From assembly GCA_963674825.1 (NCBI GenBank), contig OY771587.1, positions 3,330,864 through 3,394,863 of the forward strand: a DNA stretch of 64,000 bases. Direction: 5' to 3'. The DNA comes from Candidatus Cloacimonadales bacterium. GTDB taxonomy: Bacteria > Cloacimonadota > Cloacimonadia > Cloacimonadales > JAIOQZ01. The position numbers and the translations under genes are program-made. Of this stretch, positions 54,753 through 64,000 are shown piece after piece (position 1 is the stretch's first letter; every line of letters starts with the position of its first letter). The notes below the pieces were generated by a model. That model made no database searches. It was not told the origin of the DNA and saw only the letters and a program-made list of their open reading frames with translations.

Positions 54753-55041
54753 TCCTCCTGACATCTTCGCTTAGGGCAGCCAGTAGAAGAAGAGTGCTCT
54801 ATGAGAAAATGACGATATCGGTTTTCTGAACATCTCACTGGCAAGTGCCAAGTATTAACATACATCATCGATTAGGCCCGTTTGGTCGCAAAGTTTCTGG
54901 CCGATATTGAGGTAACCCATTACCCCGTTTAAGGACATTTCAGAGCATCCGAACCTCAAAGAACAATATGGCGTATTGCTGTTACTCTGTTTTTCATTGA
55001 CATCCAGGCCTGTAGTTCAAAATGAAGAATTCGGAGGAAGT

Positions 55042-56841
55042 ATGAAGCGGGACTATATCCGTAATTTCTGCATTATCGCACATATTGACCATGGTAAATC
55101 AACCTTGGCAGACCGTCTGCTTGAAGTAACGCATGTCGTGGACAAAGGGCGTCATTACGACCAACTGCTTGACGATATGGATCTGGAGCGGGAGCGCGGC
55201 ATCACTATTAAATCGCACGCGATCCGCATGGAACACACAAAAGACGGACAGAAATATATCTTGAATCTAATCGACACTCCCGGACATGTCGATTTCAGCT
55301 ATGAAGTATCACGGAGCCTTGCTTCGTGTGATGGCGCGGTGCTTCTTGTCGATGCCTCCCAAGGTATCGAAGCGCAGACGATGAGCAACCTTTATCTTGC
55401 AATGGACAACAATCTCGAGGTTGTACCGGTGATCAACAAGATCGATATCCCCGGTGTCGACCTCGACTCGATCGTACATGAAATCGTTGATACAATTGGC
55501 GTTGACGAGGAAGATATCTTCAAAATCAGCGCGAAGACAGGACAAGGTGTGGACGAACTGCTCGACGGAATCATCGAGAAGATTCCTGCTCCGGCTGGAG
55601 ACACCTCGTCGCAACCGCGTGCGCTCATCTTTGATAGCTACTACGATGTCTATCGTGGTGTGATCACACTGATTCGTATGTACGACGGAAAGCTTTCCAG
55701 AGGCGATGGGATTCGCTTCCTGTCCACCGGCATGGAATATGAAGTCGATGAGATCGGCTATCTTGGTCTTAAACCTGTACCGATCGAAAGCCTCGAGGCT
55801 GGAGAAGTTGGGTATATCATTGCAGGTATGAAGGATGTTTCCGAAGCGAAGGTAGGTGACACCGTAACTATTGCGGGTCATTCAGAAGTATTGCCGCTTC
55901 CGGGATTCCAGGAGCCCAAGCCGATGGTTTACAGCGGTGTATTTCCGATTGATAAGGATGAATACGTACACCTGACCGACAGCCTTGCCAAGCTGAAGTT
56001 GAACGATGCTTCACTCGTCTATGAGAAGGAGAGTTCGCTGGCGCTGGGATACGGTTTCCGTTGTGGATTCCTTGGCATGCTGCATCTCGAGATCGTCAAA
56101 GAGCGCCTTTTGCGCGAATACGATTGCCCGATTATTACCACTACCCCCAGCGTGCGTTTCATGATCTATAGAACAGACGGAGAGGTGCTGGAAATCCATA
56201 ATCCAGTTGATTTCCCTGATCCGGTGCTGATTGACCATGTCGAAGAACCGTTTATGCTTGTTGAAGTTATCGTTCCCTCAGAGTTTGTGGGGAATATCCT
56301 GAAATTGACTCAGGAGCGTCGTGGTGTGCAGCGAAACATGCAGTATATCGATGATAAGCGCATGATGCTGGAATACGAGATGCCTCTGATTGAGATTGTA
56401 TTCGATTTTTATGATAAACTGAAATCGGTAAGCCGGGGATATGCGTCGCTGGACTACCATTTCCTCGAATTTCGTAGATCGCCGATCGTTAAGGTCGATA
56501 TCCTGATCAATGCTGAAAAAGTGGATGCGATGAGCTTTATGTGCCATGAAGAAAAAGCGTTTGCCTGGGGTAAGAGCATTACGGAGACTCTTTCTGAGGA
56601 GATTCCGAAGCATCTGTTCAAGATCGCCCTGCAGGCTTCGATCGGCTCGAAAATCATTGCCCGCAGCACCATCAACGCCCTCCGCAAGAACGTTACCGCG
56701 AAGTGCTATGGTGGTGATATCACACGTAAAAAGAAATTATTGGAGAAACAAAAAGAAGGTAAGAAGCGCATGAAGGAAGTGGGCTCGGTCCACGTCCCGC
56801 AGGAAGCGTTTCTTTCCGTATTGAAAGCGGACCGTTCATAG
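55042..56841 (+). CDS. lepA: Translation elongation factor 4 (LepA)
   Basis: Start re-called to ATG 55042 (GGAGG RBS). Motifs are IRNFCIIAHIDHGKSTL, DTPGHVDF and NKID. The LepA-specific C-terminus reads KCYGGDITRKKKLLEKQKEGKKRMK. Confidence 0.95.
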   Translation: MKRDYIRNFCIIAHIDHGKSTLADRLLEVTHVVDKGRHYDQLLDDMDLERERGITIKSHAIRMEHTKDGQKYILNLIDTPGHVDFSYEVSRSLASCDGAVLLVDASQGIEAQTMSNLYLAMDNNLEVVPVINKIDIPGVDLDSIVHEIVDTIGVDEEDIFKISAKTGQGVDELLDGIIEKIPAPAGDTSSQPRALIFDSYYDVYRGVITLIRMYDGKLSRGDGIRFLSTGMEYEVDEIGYLGLKPVPIESLEAGEVGYIIAGMKDVSEAKVGDTVTIAGHSEVLPLPGFQEPKPMVYSGVFPIDKDEYVHLTDSLAKLKLNDASLVYEKESSLALGYGFRCGFLGMLHLEIVKERLLREYDCPIITTTPSVRFMIYRTDGEVLEIHNPVDFPDPVLIDHVEEPFMLVEVIVPSEFVGNILKLTQERRGVQRNMQYIDDKRMMLEYEMPLIEIVFDFYDKLKSVSRGYASLDYHFLEFRRSPIVKVDILINAEKVDAMSFMCHEEKAFAWGKSITETLSEEIPKHLFKIALQASIGSKIIARSTINALRKNVTAKCYGGDITRKKKLLEKQKEGKKRMKEVGSVHVPQEAFLSVLKADRS

Positions 56842-56862
56842 AACGTTTCGGGAGGATTATTT

Positions 56863-57699
56863 ATGGATCGAAGAGGAAACCTGAGAGTTGGTGTTTATAT
56901 TGATGCGTCCAATATCGCCATGAATGGCGGTTATGGAATTCATTATGACGTACTTCGTGAGTTCTCTTGTCGCAACGGTGGTGTCGCTATGCGCCTCAAT
57001 TCTTATATCGCGTATGACGAAGAGCAGGCGAAGCAAAACATCGAATATCGTAAAAAATCGAAAAGCTTCCACGCGGTATTGCGTGATTATGGTTACAAAG
57101 TCATTGTGAAGAAAGTCAGACGGTATTATGACGAACGTGGCAATGTTCATACAAAAGCGAATGCGGATCTGGATATGGCTGTCGATGCTTTGATGCAGTC
57201 GGATCGTCTTGATTCTGTGATGCTGATCACGGGAGACGGCGATTTCATTCAGGTTGTCCGCGCTTTGCAGAGCCGGGGCTGCCGGGTAGAAGTGCTGGCA
57301 TTCCAGAATGTCTCCACCGATCTGCGCACCGAAGCCGACACGTTTACATCAGGGTATCTCGTGCCCGATCTTCTCCCCCTTGACAATTACAATGGTGAAG
57401 GCAAGAAACTCCCGTGGGGTGAAGAGGGAAGTCGAGTTCGTGGCGTATGTTATTCCTATCACCACGAAAAAGGCTTTGGTTTTCTACGTTTCATGAAAGA
57501 CATTAGCGGCGGTCTCTGGATCATGGACTCCAGGCGCCATGAATCACCGTATGTATCGGTGTTCCTGCACCATTCCCAGCTCGATACGAAAGTGGACATC
57601 AACGAACTTCCTTCGCGTGACCACATCTTCGAATTCACCCTGACAAACAGCGATCGCGGTTTGCAGGCGGTGGACGTCGAGCTCGTGTACCAATACTAA
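56863..57699 (+). CDS. NYN (LabA/PIN-like) domain protein fused to a cold-shock-like OB domain
   Basis: VGVYIDASNIAMNGG...ANADLDMAVDA...ITGDGDF (NYN acidic residues). The C-terminus carries RGVCYSYHHEKGFGFLRF (CSD-like GFGF motif). Confidence 0.7.
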   Translation: MDRRGNLRVGVYIDASNIAMNGGYGIHYDVLREFSCRNGGVAMRLNSYIAYDEEQAKQNIEYRKKSKSFHAVLRDYGYKVIVKKVRRYYDERGNVHTKANADLDMAVDALMQSDRLDSVMLITGDGDFIQVVRALQSRGCRVEVLAFQNVSTDLRTEADTFTSGYLVPDLLPLDNYNGEGKKLPWGEEGSRVRGVCYSYHHEKGFGFLRFMKDISGGLWIMDSRRHESPYVSVFLHHSQLDTKVDINELPSRDHIFEFTLTNSDRGLQAVDVELVYQY

Positions 57700-57714
57700 T
57701 TCCTTCTGTTTGAA

Positions 57715-59148
57715 ATGGCTGACTCGAGCAGGACAGACCTGACCCAGGGAAGCTTGCTGAGAAACTTGATCCAGCTGTCGCTGCCGATCATGTTCAGCAA
57801 TTTCATCCAGGTCTTCTATAATCTTACCGACGCCTTCTGGCTTGGGAAGCTGGGCGACAAGGCGGTAGATGCGGTTTCCGTAACTTCCATCGCCTTTCCG
57901 CTCGTCTTCTTTATCTCGTCGTTCGGCAATGGATTTGTAGTAGCCGGCACAGCGCTGGTTGCTCGATTCAAAGGGGCTGGAGAGCTGGACAAAGTCAAGC
58001 TTGTAACCGGCCAGTTCTGCGTCATCCTTGCTTTGTTCATCGCAGCCTTCATCGTATTCAGCCAACTTGCCATGCCAATGATTCTCAGGCTTTTACAAAC
58101 GCCACCTGAGATCATGGACCTCGCCATTGGCTACAACCGGACGATATTTATCGGTATGGCGTTCATGTTCATCGTGATATCCTATACGGCGATCGTACAG
58201 GGTATGGGCGACGCGATGACGCCAATGAAGATCCAGCTCGTTTCGGTCAGTCTTAACGTGATTCTCGATCCACTGATGATCTTCGGTATTGGCTTCAATC
58301 GTATGGAAACGATGGGAGCTGCGTACGCTACGCTGATTGCACGAATCGTTGGCGCGATACTGGCAATCGTATATATTTCTCGGAAAAACACCGATCTGAT
58401 TCCGAAATGGGACGATCTTAAGCCCAATCTTGCTATGTTGCGCAATTTGTTCAAGATCGCAATACCTGCCTCGATCTCCAATAGCGTCAACAGCCTGGGA
58501 TTCGTCGTTCTGCAAGGCTTCGTCAATACCTTCGGAACGGTGATTATCTCCGCGAACGCGATCAATAACCGTATGGTCAGCTTCTACATGATGCCGGCAA
58601 TGGGTATTTCGAGTGCGTTATCGACGATTATCGGGCAGAATCTGGGCGCGAAAAGACCGGATAGAGCGGTGAAGAGCATCCGAATCTCGATGTATCTGGT
58701 GATGATCATCATGACGGTAGGTTCTGCTGCATTGTTCTTCTTCGGAAAGGATATGACACGTTTCTTCATCAATGATCCAGCCGTTATCGAAATCGGTAAA
58801 CGGATGTTCCGCATCACTTCGCTCTCGACCATTACCTTCAGCGCGATGATGATTTTCTTCGGTGTTTTCAATGGCGCAGGCACGACCATGCCTACGATGG
58901 TTATCGGCCTTGCGCGTCTCTGGGTGTTCCGTATTCCGATGACTTATATCATGAGCGGATATCTACTTACGGTTACTTTCTTCAAGGATAGCTTCATGTA
59001 TGATTTTCTGTTCCGGGTGTCGGAACCATTCGCGAAATATCCGTGGGAATCTCTTTGGTGGTCGATGGTAGTCAGCAATATTCTGGCGGGAATTATCGCG
59101 CTTGCGATCTACATGAAAGGAAACTGGAAGCGGGTTGATTTCTCCTGA
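57715..59148 (+). CDS. MATE-family efflux transporter
   Basis: 12-TM pattern. N-terminal LLRNLIQLSLPIMFSNFIQVFYNLTDAFWLGKLG is typical of MATE (NorM/DinF-like) proteins. Confidence 0.88.
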   Translation: MADSSRTDLTQGSLLRNLIQLSLPIMFSNFIQVFYNLTDAFWLGKLGDKAVDAVSVTSIAFPLVFFISSFGNGFVVAGTALVARFKGAGELDKVKLVTGQFCVILALFIAAFIVFSQLAMPMILRLLQTPPEIMDLAIGYNRTIFIGMAFMFIVISYTAIVQGMGDAMTPMKIQLVSVSLNVILDPLMIFGIGFNRMETMGAAYATLIARIVGAILAIVYISRKNTDLIPKWDDLKPNLAMLRNLFKIAIPASISNSVNSLGFVVLQGFVNTFGTVIISANAINNRMVSFYMMPAMGISSALSTIIGQNLGAKRPDRAVKSIRISMYLVMIIMTVGSAALFFFGKDMTRFFINDPAVIEIGKRMFRITSLSTITFSAMMIFFGVFNGAGTTMPTMVIGLARLWVFRIPMTYIMSGYLLTVTFFKDSFMYDFLFRVSEPFAKYPWESLWWSMVVSNILAGIIALAIYMKGNWKRVDFS

Positions 59149-59721
59149 TTAGTTCTGAATCACGTTGTTCCAATCGACGGGCCCTTTCTCAAATCGATCG
59201 ATGAGCATTCGATAAGCCTGTGCGTTACCATCTTTGAAGAATTCAATCAGATTGTCCCAAATCTTACCAGTTTTGAAGCCGGTTTCATATGCCGTGAGTA
59301 GGGTGTGATTCTCGTCGATCTCCTGAAATTCCAGGATTGTGTACATGCTGAGGGAACCTTTCTGAATCTCTTCCGGGAATCGCTTACCGAGTGGGGACTG
59401 CATGGTTATTATCTTCCAGGGGACGAAATTGACGATGAAATTGATTACGGTATTCTCGTCACCGATTCGACCTTCCAGCTCATAGCGGCTCTTCAGCATA
59501 CCACCACTACGGAAGTCGATCTCGCATTGGGGAACTGCCCAGCTCTCCAAGCCTTCTTTGGTTGTATGCGCATCCCAAACATCTTCGAGTGATGCTGGAA
59601 CAAGAACCTCGTGAACCAGGACGCGTTCGCCGCTTTCATGCTCGATAACGCGAGTTTTAATATCTTGTGCGGACAACAATGTCGCCAGGAAAAGCAGAAT
59701 AGTGATAAGCAGGTTTTTCAT
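59149..59721 (-). CDS. Secreted SRPBCC/AHSA1-like domain protein
   Basis: Signal peptide MKNLLITILLFLATLLSAQ. A ~150-aa START/AHSA1-like pattern (VWDAHTTKEGLESW...). Family assignment is tentative. Confidence 0.55.
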   Translation of the reverse strand: MKNLLITILLFLATLLSAQDIKTRVIEHESGERVLVHEVLVPASLEDVWDAHTTKEGLESWAVPQCEIDFRSGGMLKSRYELEGRIGDENTVINFIVNFVPWKIITMQSPLGKRFPEEIQKGSLSMYTILEFQEIDENHTLLTAYETGFKTGKIWDNLIEFFKDGNAQAYRMLIDRFEKGPVDWNNVIQN

Positions 59722-59728
59722 AGTTGCT

Positions 59729-61768
59729 CTAATCCTGAGTTTGGTGGTCGTCGAATTTCACCATGTATTCGTTGTCAGCGTATTCGTCGTATTCCACCGA
59801 TTCGATTTGCTTGAATTGATCGAGAATCTTCTGAATACGCTGGATGGATTTGTGGATATTGCGGAAATATTGGGCTTGCTTCTCATTTAACTGCTCGGTT
59901 GGAGTGGTCATTTCCAGCATCTCAACAGATCCGCGAAGGATCATAAGCGGTTGGTTCAGCTCGTGATTGGCAGTCACCGCCATGGCGAGAGCCGATGATT
60001 TACGCTCCAGCTCGATCTGATTCTTCTCGCCCTTCTTACGCATCGTTATATCGCGAATACTGGCGATGATCGCTTCTTTTCCCTGGAACTCGATGCGACT
60101 GAATACTACTTCGGAATCGAAGGTATAGCTTCCTGTCGGATCGCATGAATTCCATTCCCGGATGATTGTCTGACCCTCCAGAACCTTGCGCCAAATATCT
60201 GGCAACAGGCTGAGTGGGTTACTCTTATGGGAGAAGTCGAACTGGAAATAGGATGCGAGTGCGCTTTGTTCGGTTGTCTGGAATAGATTGAGCGCTTGCT
60301 TGTTGACGCTGAGCACTCTTCCGTTGCGATCGAGGATCAAAATGGCGTCGTGGACGCTATTGAAAATGGTTCGCAGGGTATTCTCCGAGTTCCGAAGTGA
60401 ATTACCGATTCGTTCCACCATCTTGATTTCTTCGCGTAATTCCTGAGTACGTTCATCAACCGCTTGTTGTAGTTCATTGGATTTGAGGAGCTTCTCGCGG
60501 TAACGTTGGAAGATATAAAAAGAGATAATCAAGACAAGCAGCAGCACTACTCCAACCAGAATGAGAGCAAGGTTTCGCCGCTTCAATGTCAGATTGCTGA
60601 TTTCGGCATTCTTCTGCAGCAGTTCCGTCTCACGGGAGGTTTTCTCGATCTCGTACGCTGCATTGAGTTTGGCAATTCGTTCGTTAGCGTTTCTGGTTGC
60701 GAGGCTATCGGAGAGTTCGCTGTATTTGACGTAATATTCTAACGCTTTCTGGTAATTCTTCTCTTTCAAGAAGATGTTGTGGTAGTTCAGAAAGCAGTCG
60801 CGCACATATTGGCGAGCCCTGATGGCTTTCGACTTCCGAAGAACCTCAAATGCCTGACCAAGATATTCCTTTGCCTGATCGAGTTTTCCCCAATTGTAAT
60901 AAAGGAAGGCGATGTTCCGTAAGGCACTGCCATAATTTATCTGGTTCCCAGCTTTACGCCTGTTCATGGCCTTGAGATTATTTGCCAGACTTTTCTCGAA
61001 ATCGCCGATTTTATAATATGCCCAACCGATATTGGTATATGAGTCGGTTATAAGAAACTCGAATCCCGGAATATCGAAATCCTTGATCAGCTTGGTATAA
61101 AACTCAATTGCCAGGTCATATTGCTCCATATCGAGATAGGCCATACCGACATGCTTGCGCGTCATGTAAATACCCATCTGGTCACCTATTGCCTCGTAGA
61201 GCTGCTCCGCGATTCCGAAATAGGCGATCGCATGATTGATCTCCTTCCGGGCGAGGTAGGTTTCGGCGATATCGCTGAAGAGATCTGCTCGCAACTGAGT
61301 TTCATCCTCTTCAAGATAACTGAGAGCACGACGGTAGAAAGAAAGAGCCATGTCGTAGTTCTCGATGTAAAAATAGACCTTTCCGATATATTTGATTGTG
61401 CTGGCGAGGCCCTGGTCGTTGCGAATCTCTTCATTAAGGTGGTACGATTCCATGAAATATGACATCGCCTTATCGAAATCGCCAAGGAAACGATAGCATT
61501 CACCAATCATGATCAGCGACTTGATTTCCCGATCAACATCGCCTACTCGCTTGGATAGGTTCAAGGCTCGCTGACTGTAGCCAAGGGATCTGACCACATC
61601 GAAGTCAACTTCCGAATCGATCAGTTCTTCGGCGGAGCTGTTCAGGAGGTCGATCTTTCCCACTTGAGGAAGAGTCTGTAAATGCATTTCGAGGCTATCG
61701 GGCGACATAACGCCGGATAGCGCAAGAGGCAGGAGCATGATAATAAACAGAACCTTATGCATCGACAT
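59729..61768 (-). CDS. TPR + TM + PAS + DHp-like signalling protein lacking an ATPase (CA) domain
   Basis: Signal peptide. About 330 aa of TPR repeats. TM LALILVGVVLLLVLIISFYIF. PAS (LRTIFNSVHDAILILDRNGRVLSVN). An H-box-like AVTANHELNQPLMILRG follows, and the protein ends ~70 aa later with no N/G1/G2 boxes. Confidence 0.75.
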   Translation of the reverse strand: MSMHKVLFIIMLLPLALSGVMSPDSLEMHLQTLPQVGKIDLLNSSAEELIDSEVDFDVVRSLGYSQRALNLSKRVGDVDREIKSLIMIGECYRFLGDFDKAMSYFMESYHLNEEIRNDQGLASTIKYIGKVYFYIENYDMALSFYRRALSYLEEDETQLRADLFSDIAETYLARKEINHAIAYFGIAEQLYEAIGDQMGIYMTRKHVGMAYLDMEQYDLAIEFYTKLIKDFDIPGFEFLITDSYTNIGWAYYKIGDFEKSLANNLKAMNRRKAGNQINYGSALRNIAFLYYNWGKLDQAKEYLGQAFEVLRKSKAIRARQYVRDCFLNYHNIFLKEKNYQKALEYYVKYSELSDSLATRNANERIAKLNAAYEIEKTSRETELLQKNAEISNLTLKRRNLALILVGVVLLLVLIISFYIFQRYREKLLKSNELQQAVDERTQELREEIKMVERIGNSLRNSENTLRTIFNSVHDAILILDRNGRVLSVNKQALNLFQTTEQSALASYFQFDFSHKSNPLSLLPDIWRKVLEGQTIIREWNSCDPTGSYTFDSEVVFSRIEFQGKEAIIASIRDITMRKKGEKNQIELERKSSALAMAVTANHELNQPLMILRGSVEMLEMTTPTEQLNEKQAQYFRNIHKSIQRIQKILDQFKQIESVEYDEYADNEYMVKFDDHQTQD

Positions 61769-61922
61769 CTCTTATCCAGTCCAAAGTACGTTGTGAATGA
61801 ATCTAAATCGTGAATTTCCTGTATAATATGGGAGATAAATTAATACGTCCCTTATCTTGTCAAATGAAACGTTTCCTGACGCTTCGATGATATATCGCAC
61901 AAGCGCTGTATCTCGATGATTT

Positions 61923-62684
61923 CTATTCAATTACTTTCTTTTTACCTACAGGGGCGATATAAACTGTAAATTCCTCTTTCCCGTCCACGCGAAGCAGCTT
62001 GTCCATCTTCTCCTGATGATATGCTCCGATCGCACAGGTTCCCGCGTCAATCGCTTCGCAGCCCAGGTACAGATTTTGACAGAGGTGTCCCGCATCAACC
62101 GCGATAACTTTATGCGAAACATCCAAATAACGCCACTCCATGCGGTAGGGGATTGCTGTCCAAATGAACGTCACAGCCGCTGCAGCGGAGAATGCCTGTC
62201 CAAGGACCGCTTCTTTGACTTTCTCGGCGAGATTGTCTTCACTGAAAAGGAAAAGAAGAGCATGTTCTACAGGTAGGTAACGATAAAATCCTGTATCAAG
62301 TCCTTTCACATCCCGCACAGCGAGATAGGTCTCGCAGGCATGGCGGTTTCCTGCCGAAGGGACGGTTCGGAAGATGCGTCTGGGATTATCGAAATCGCGT
62401 ATTCCTTGCGTGATCCAAAGTAGGAAAGATAGTTCTTCCATTGTCAGTGCTTCATCACGAAACTGACGATGGCTTTTTCTGTGGGCGATTGCCTCCAGGA
62501 GCGGGATCTCGGGGATGGTTGTCCACTTATCCGGTCCAGGCAATTCGATCAAGGTCGCATCGGCAGGATATGGTTTCTGGATTGGGGGCATCGGGACGCC
62601 ATTATATTGGTCGGACTGGCTGAAATCAGTGCGTAACCTAATGGCGTCTTTCAAAAATTCGCGGTAATCATCAAATTGGCTCAT
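61923..62684 (-). CDS. SagB/ThcOx-type nitroreductase-family dehydrogenase
   Basis: RKSHRQF..., PSAGNRHACETYLAV and a late GxxxG region are typical of the SagB-type nitroreductase fold. Confidence 0.7.
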   Translation of the reverse strand: MSQFDDYREFLKDAIRLRTDFSQSDQYNGVPMPPIQKPYPADATLIELPGPDKWTTIPEIPLLEAIAHRKSHRQFRDEALTMEELSFLLWITQGIRDFDNPRRIFRTVPSAGNRHACETYLAVRDVKGLDTGFYRYLPVEHALLFLFSEDNLAEKVKEAVLGQAFSAAAAVTFIWTAIPYRMEWRYLDVSHKVIAVDAGHLCQNLYLGCEAIDAGTCAIGAYHQEKMDKLLRVDGKEEFTVYIAPVGKKKVIE

Positions 62685-62693
62685 TATCTCTCC

Positions 62694-63392
62694 TTACTTC
62701 AGTATTTTACGTTTGGTGAAGGACAAATATTCGTTTTGGCCCACGACGATATGATCCAGTAATTGGATCTCAACCAGCGCTAGGGCTTCTCGGATTTTCA
62801 ATGTGATAAAGATGTCTTCGTTGGAGGGCTCGATATTGCCGCCGGGGTGGTTATGTGCCAATATTACGGCGTGTGCATGGTACATCAAAGCGTGCTCCAC
62901 GATCTTCCGGACGTAGATCGTCGATATGTTGAGCGTGCCGTGAAAAAGTGTTTCTTCGGTGATGATCATGTTCTGGGTGTTAAGGTAAACGATCTTGAAC
63001 TGCTCGGTTTTAACGCCTTTATAGCAGGTCTTGAGGTACCGAAAAACATCGTCCGCACAGGTGATGTAGTCACGATGCAGAATCTTCTCGCGGAGATGAT
63101 AGACATTTGCGTCACGCATGAGTTTCAAGAGGACTGCCGAACGTTCACCGAGCCCATCGATTTCGGTGAGTTGGCTCACAGGAGCATTAAGGACATCGCT
63201 AAGGCTTCCAAATCTGCGGATGAGGCTCTTTGCCAAGCTGCGTGTATCCTTGCGGACGATCGAATAGGAGAGGATCAACTCCAACACTTCGTAATCGTGG
63301 AAGCCATCCAGGCCATCGCGAACGAATCGCTCGCGCATGCGCTGTTTATGGAGCTGTTGGTCGTCTGCAGGAAGCTTTGCTTTTTTATCCAT
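62694..63392 (-). CDS. radC: RadC-like JAB-domain protein
   Basis: N-terminal HhH region (RERFVRDGLDGFHDYEVLELIL). JAMM motif HNHPGGNIEPSNEDI. Confidence 0.9.
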   Translation of the reverse strand: MDKKAKLPADDQQLHKQRMRERFVRDGLDGFHDYEVLELILSYSIVRKDTRSLAKSLIRRFGSLSDVLNAPVSQLTEIDGLGERSAVLLKLMRDANVYHLREKILHRDYITCADDVFRYLKTCYKGVKTEQFKIVYLNTQNMIITEETLFHGTLNISTIYVRKIVEHALMYHAHAVILAHNHPGGNIEPSNEDIFITLKIREALALVEIQLLDHIVVGQNEYLSFTKRKILK

Positions 63393-63398
63393 TCGATG

Positions 63399-63836
63399 TC
63401 ATTTTGCCTGTTCCAACCAGGGTTTGACGCGGTCTTTATGTTTTTCTGAGAAGTAGGTGTATTTCTGACGACTGACCTTGTTCTCATCGAATAGTCTGTC
63501 GAACAGAGAAATAATGCGCCGATGGAGGATGAAGCTTTTCACAACGATCGCGAACCGAAGCAGCTTATTACTGAAGAGAAGCTCTTTGTAATCGTCCAGC
63601 ACTTTCGCGATCTTGAAGAGATTAGTCTGGCGTGAATTGACATGCTTGGCGTTGAACACCATCAGGATTTGCCTGAATTGAGCAGAATCCTGCAGGATGA
63701 AATCCAGACATTGCTTCAGAACAGGTTCTGCATTGCTCAACTTGAGCTCGTAAACGTATACGGTTCGATTGTTGATTTCGACGGGGTAACGAACGACTGA
63801 TTCTTCCGCTTTCTCAAATATATCCTGTAAAGGCAT
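63399..63836 (-). CDS. Hypothetical protein (145 aa)
   Basis: Clean ORF 6 nt upstream of radC on the same strand. No family recognised. Confidence 0.55.
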   Translation of the reverse strand: MPLQDIFEKAEESVVRYPVEINNRTVYVYELKLSNAEPVLKQCLDFILQDSAQFRQILMVFNAKHVNSRQTNLFKIAKVLDDYKELLFSNKLLRFAIVVKSFILHRRIISLFDRLFDENKVSRQKYTYFSEKHKDRVKPWLEQAK

Positions 63837-63879
63837 CGGAGCTCCTCTAATTTCATTCTATTATCATGATAGCGCCGTA

Positions 63880-64000
63880 TCATTTATTGGCAAGTGAAAT
63901 CATCGTTTTTATAATGCGAATGGCATTGGTTGCAGCGCCAAGACGGACATTGTGGGCGACATTCCAGAAACGCAATTCGTTTTCCCGGCATCCCTGACGA
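63880..64000 (-). CDS. C-terminal 39 codons of a semialdehyde-dehydrogenase-type protein (Asd-like); gene continues beyond the right edge
   Basis: Not in the ORF track (open at the edge). The minus-strand frame gives ...RFWNVAHNVRLGAATNAIRIIKTMISLANK*. The xNxxxGAATNA tail resembles Asd/ArgC C-termini. Confidence 0.4.
   Translation of the reverse strand, partial: RQGCRENELRFWNVAHNVRLGAATNAIRIIKTMISLANK

Overview
This 64-kb window looks like an anaerobic, fermentative diderm bacterium. My guess is an uncultivated FCB-superphylum-like lineage, based on T9SS-type C-terminal sorting domains, several sigma-54 regulators and a bifurcating [FeFe]-hydrogenase. This taxonomy is inference only. I saw no rRNA, tRNA or CRISPR.

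Layout:
- (i) 1-20.9 kb is a surface-protein island. It holds a GLUG-repeat protein, a 3238-aa LamG/beta-helix giant, and a LamG + 7-blade FG-GAP protein broken by one in-frame TGA. These surround a TPR-histidine kinase / sigma-54 response regulator pair. An intact IS1-like element and an older transposase remnant sit in the same stretch.
- (ii) 21-30.6 kb holds a second HK / sigma-54 regulator pair, glutamate dehydrogenase behind a sigma-54 promoter, two unusual PPDK_N (ATP-grasp) proteins, one fused to a nucleotidyltransferase, and a coupled Cys-rich micro-ORF.
- (iii) 30.6-35.4 kb holds two T9SS-CTD cargo proteins: a beta-helix protein and an M23 peptidase.
- (iv) 35.6-42.9 kb is a ten-gene operon. 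It joins a NitT/TauT-type ABC importer to a complete Dlt-like acylation machine: carrier protein, DltD-like, MBOAT, an unannotated 39-aa DltX-like micro-protein ending FRYEGF, and an adenylating enzyme. I consider this the best candidate for an undescribed system.
- (v) 45-54.8 kb is a redox island with Fe-ADH, Rex, HydC/HydB/HydA, a small [2Fe-2S] protein, the sensory hydrogenase HydS-PAS and a PP2C phosphatase.
- (vi) 55-64 kb is mostly housekeeping: lepA, an NYN-CSD protein, a MATE transporter, an SRPBCC protein, a TPR/PAS sensor, a nitroreductase, radC and an asd-like fragment.

Regulatory structure read directly from the sequence:
- Three good sigma-54 promoters.
- A 14-bp palindrome sits at the same spacing upstream of two of them. 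One copy has been displaced about 1 kb by the IS insertion.
- A TCGATA-N6-TATCGA inverted repeat is shared by the adh and rex promoters.

All functional calls come from motif recognition by eye. No database search was run.
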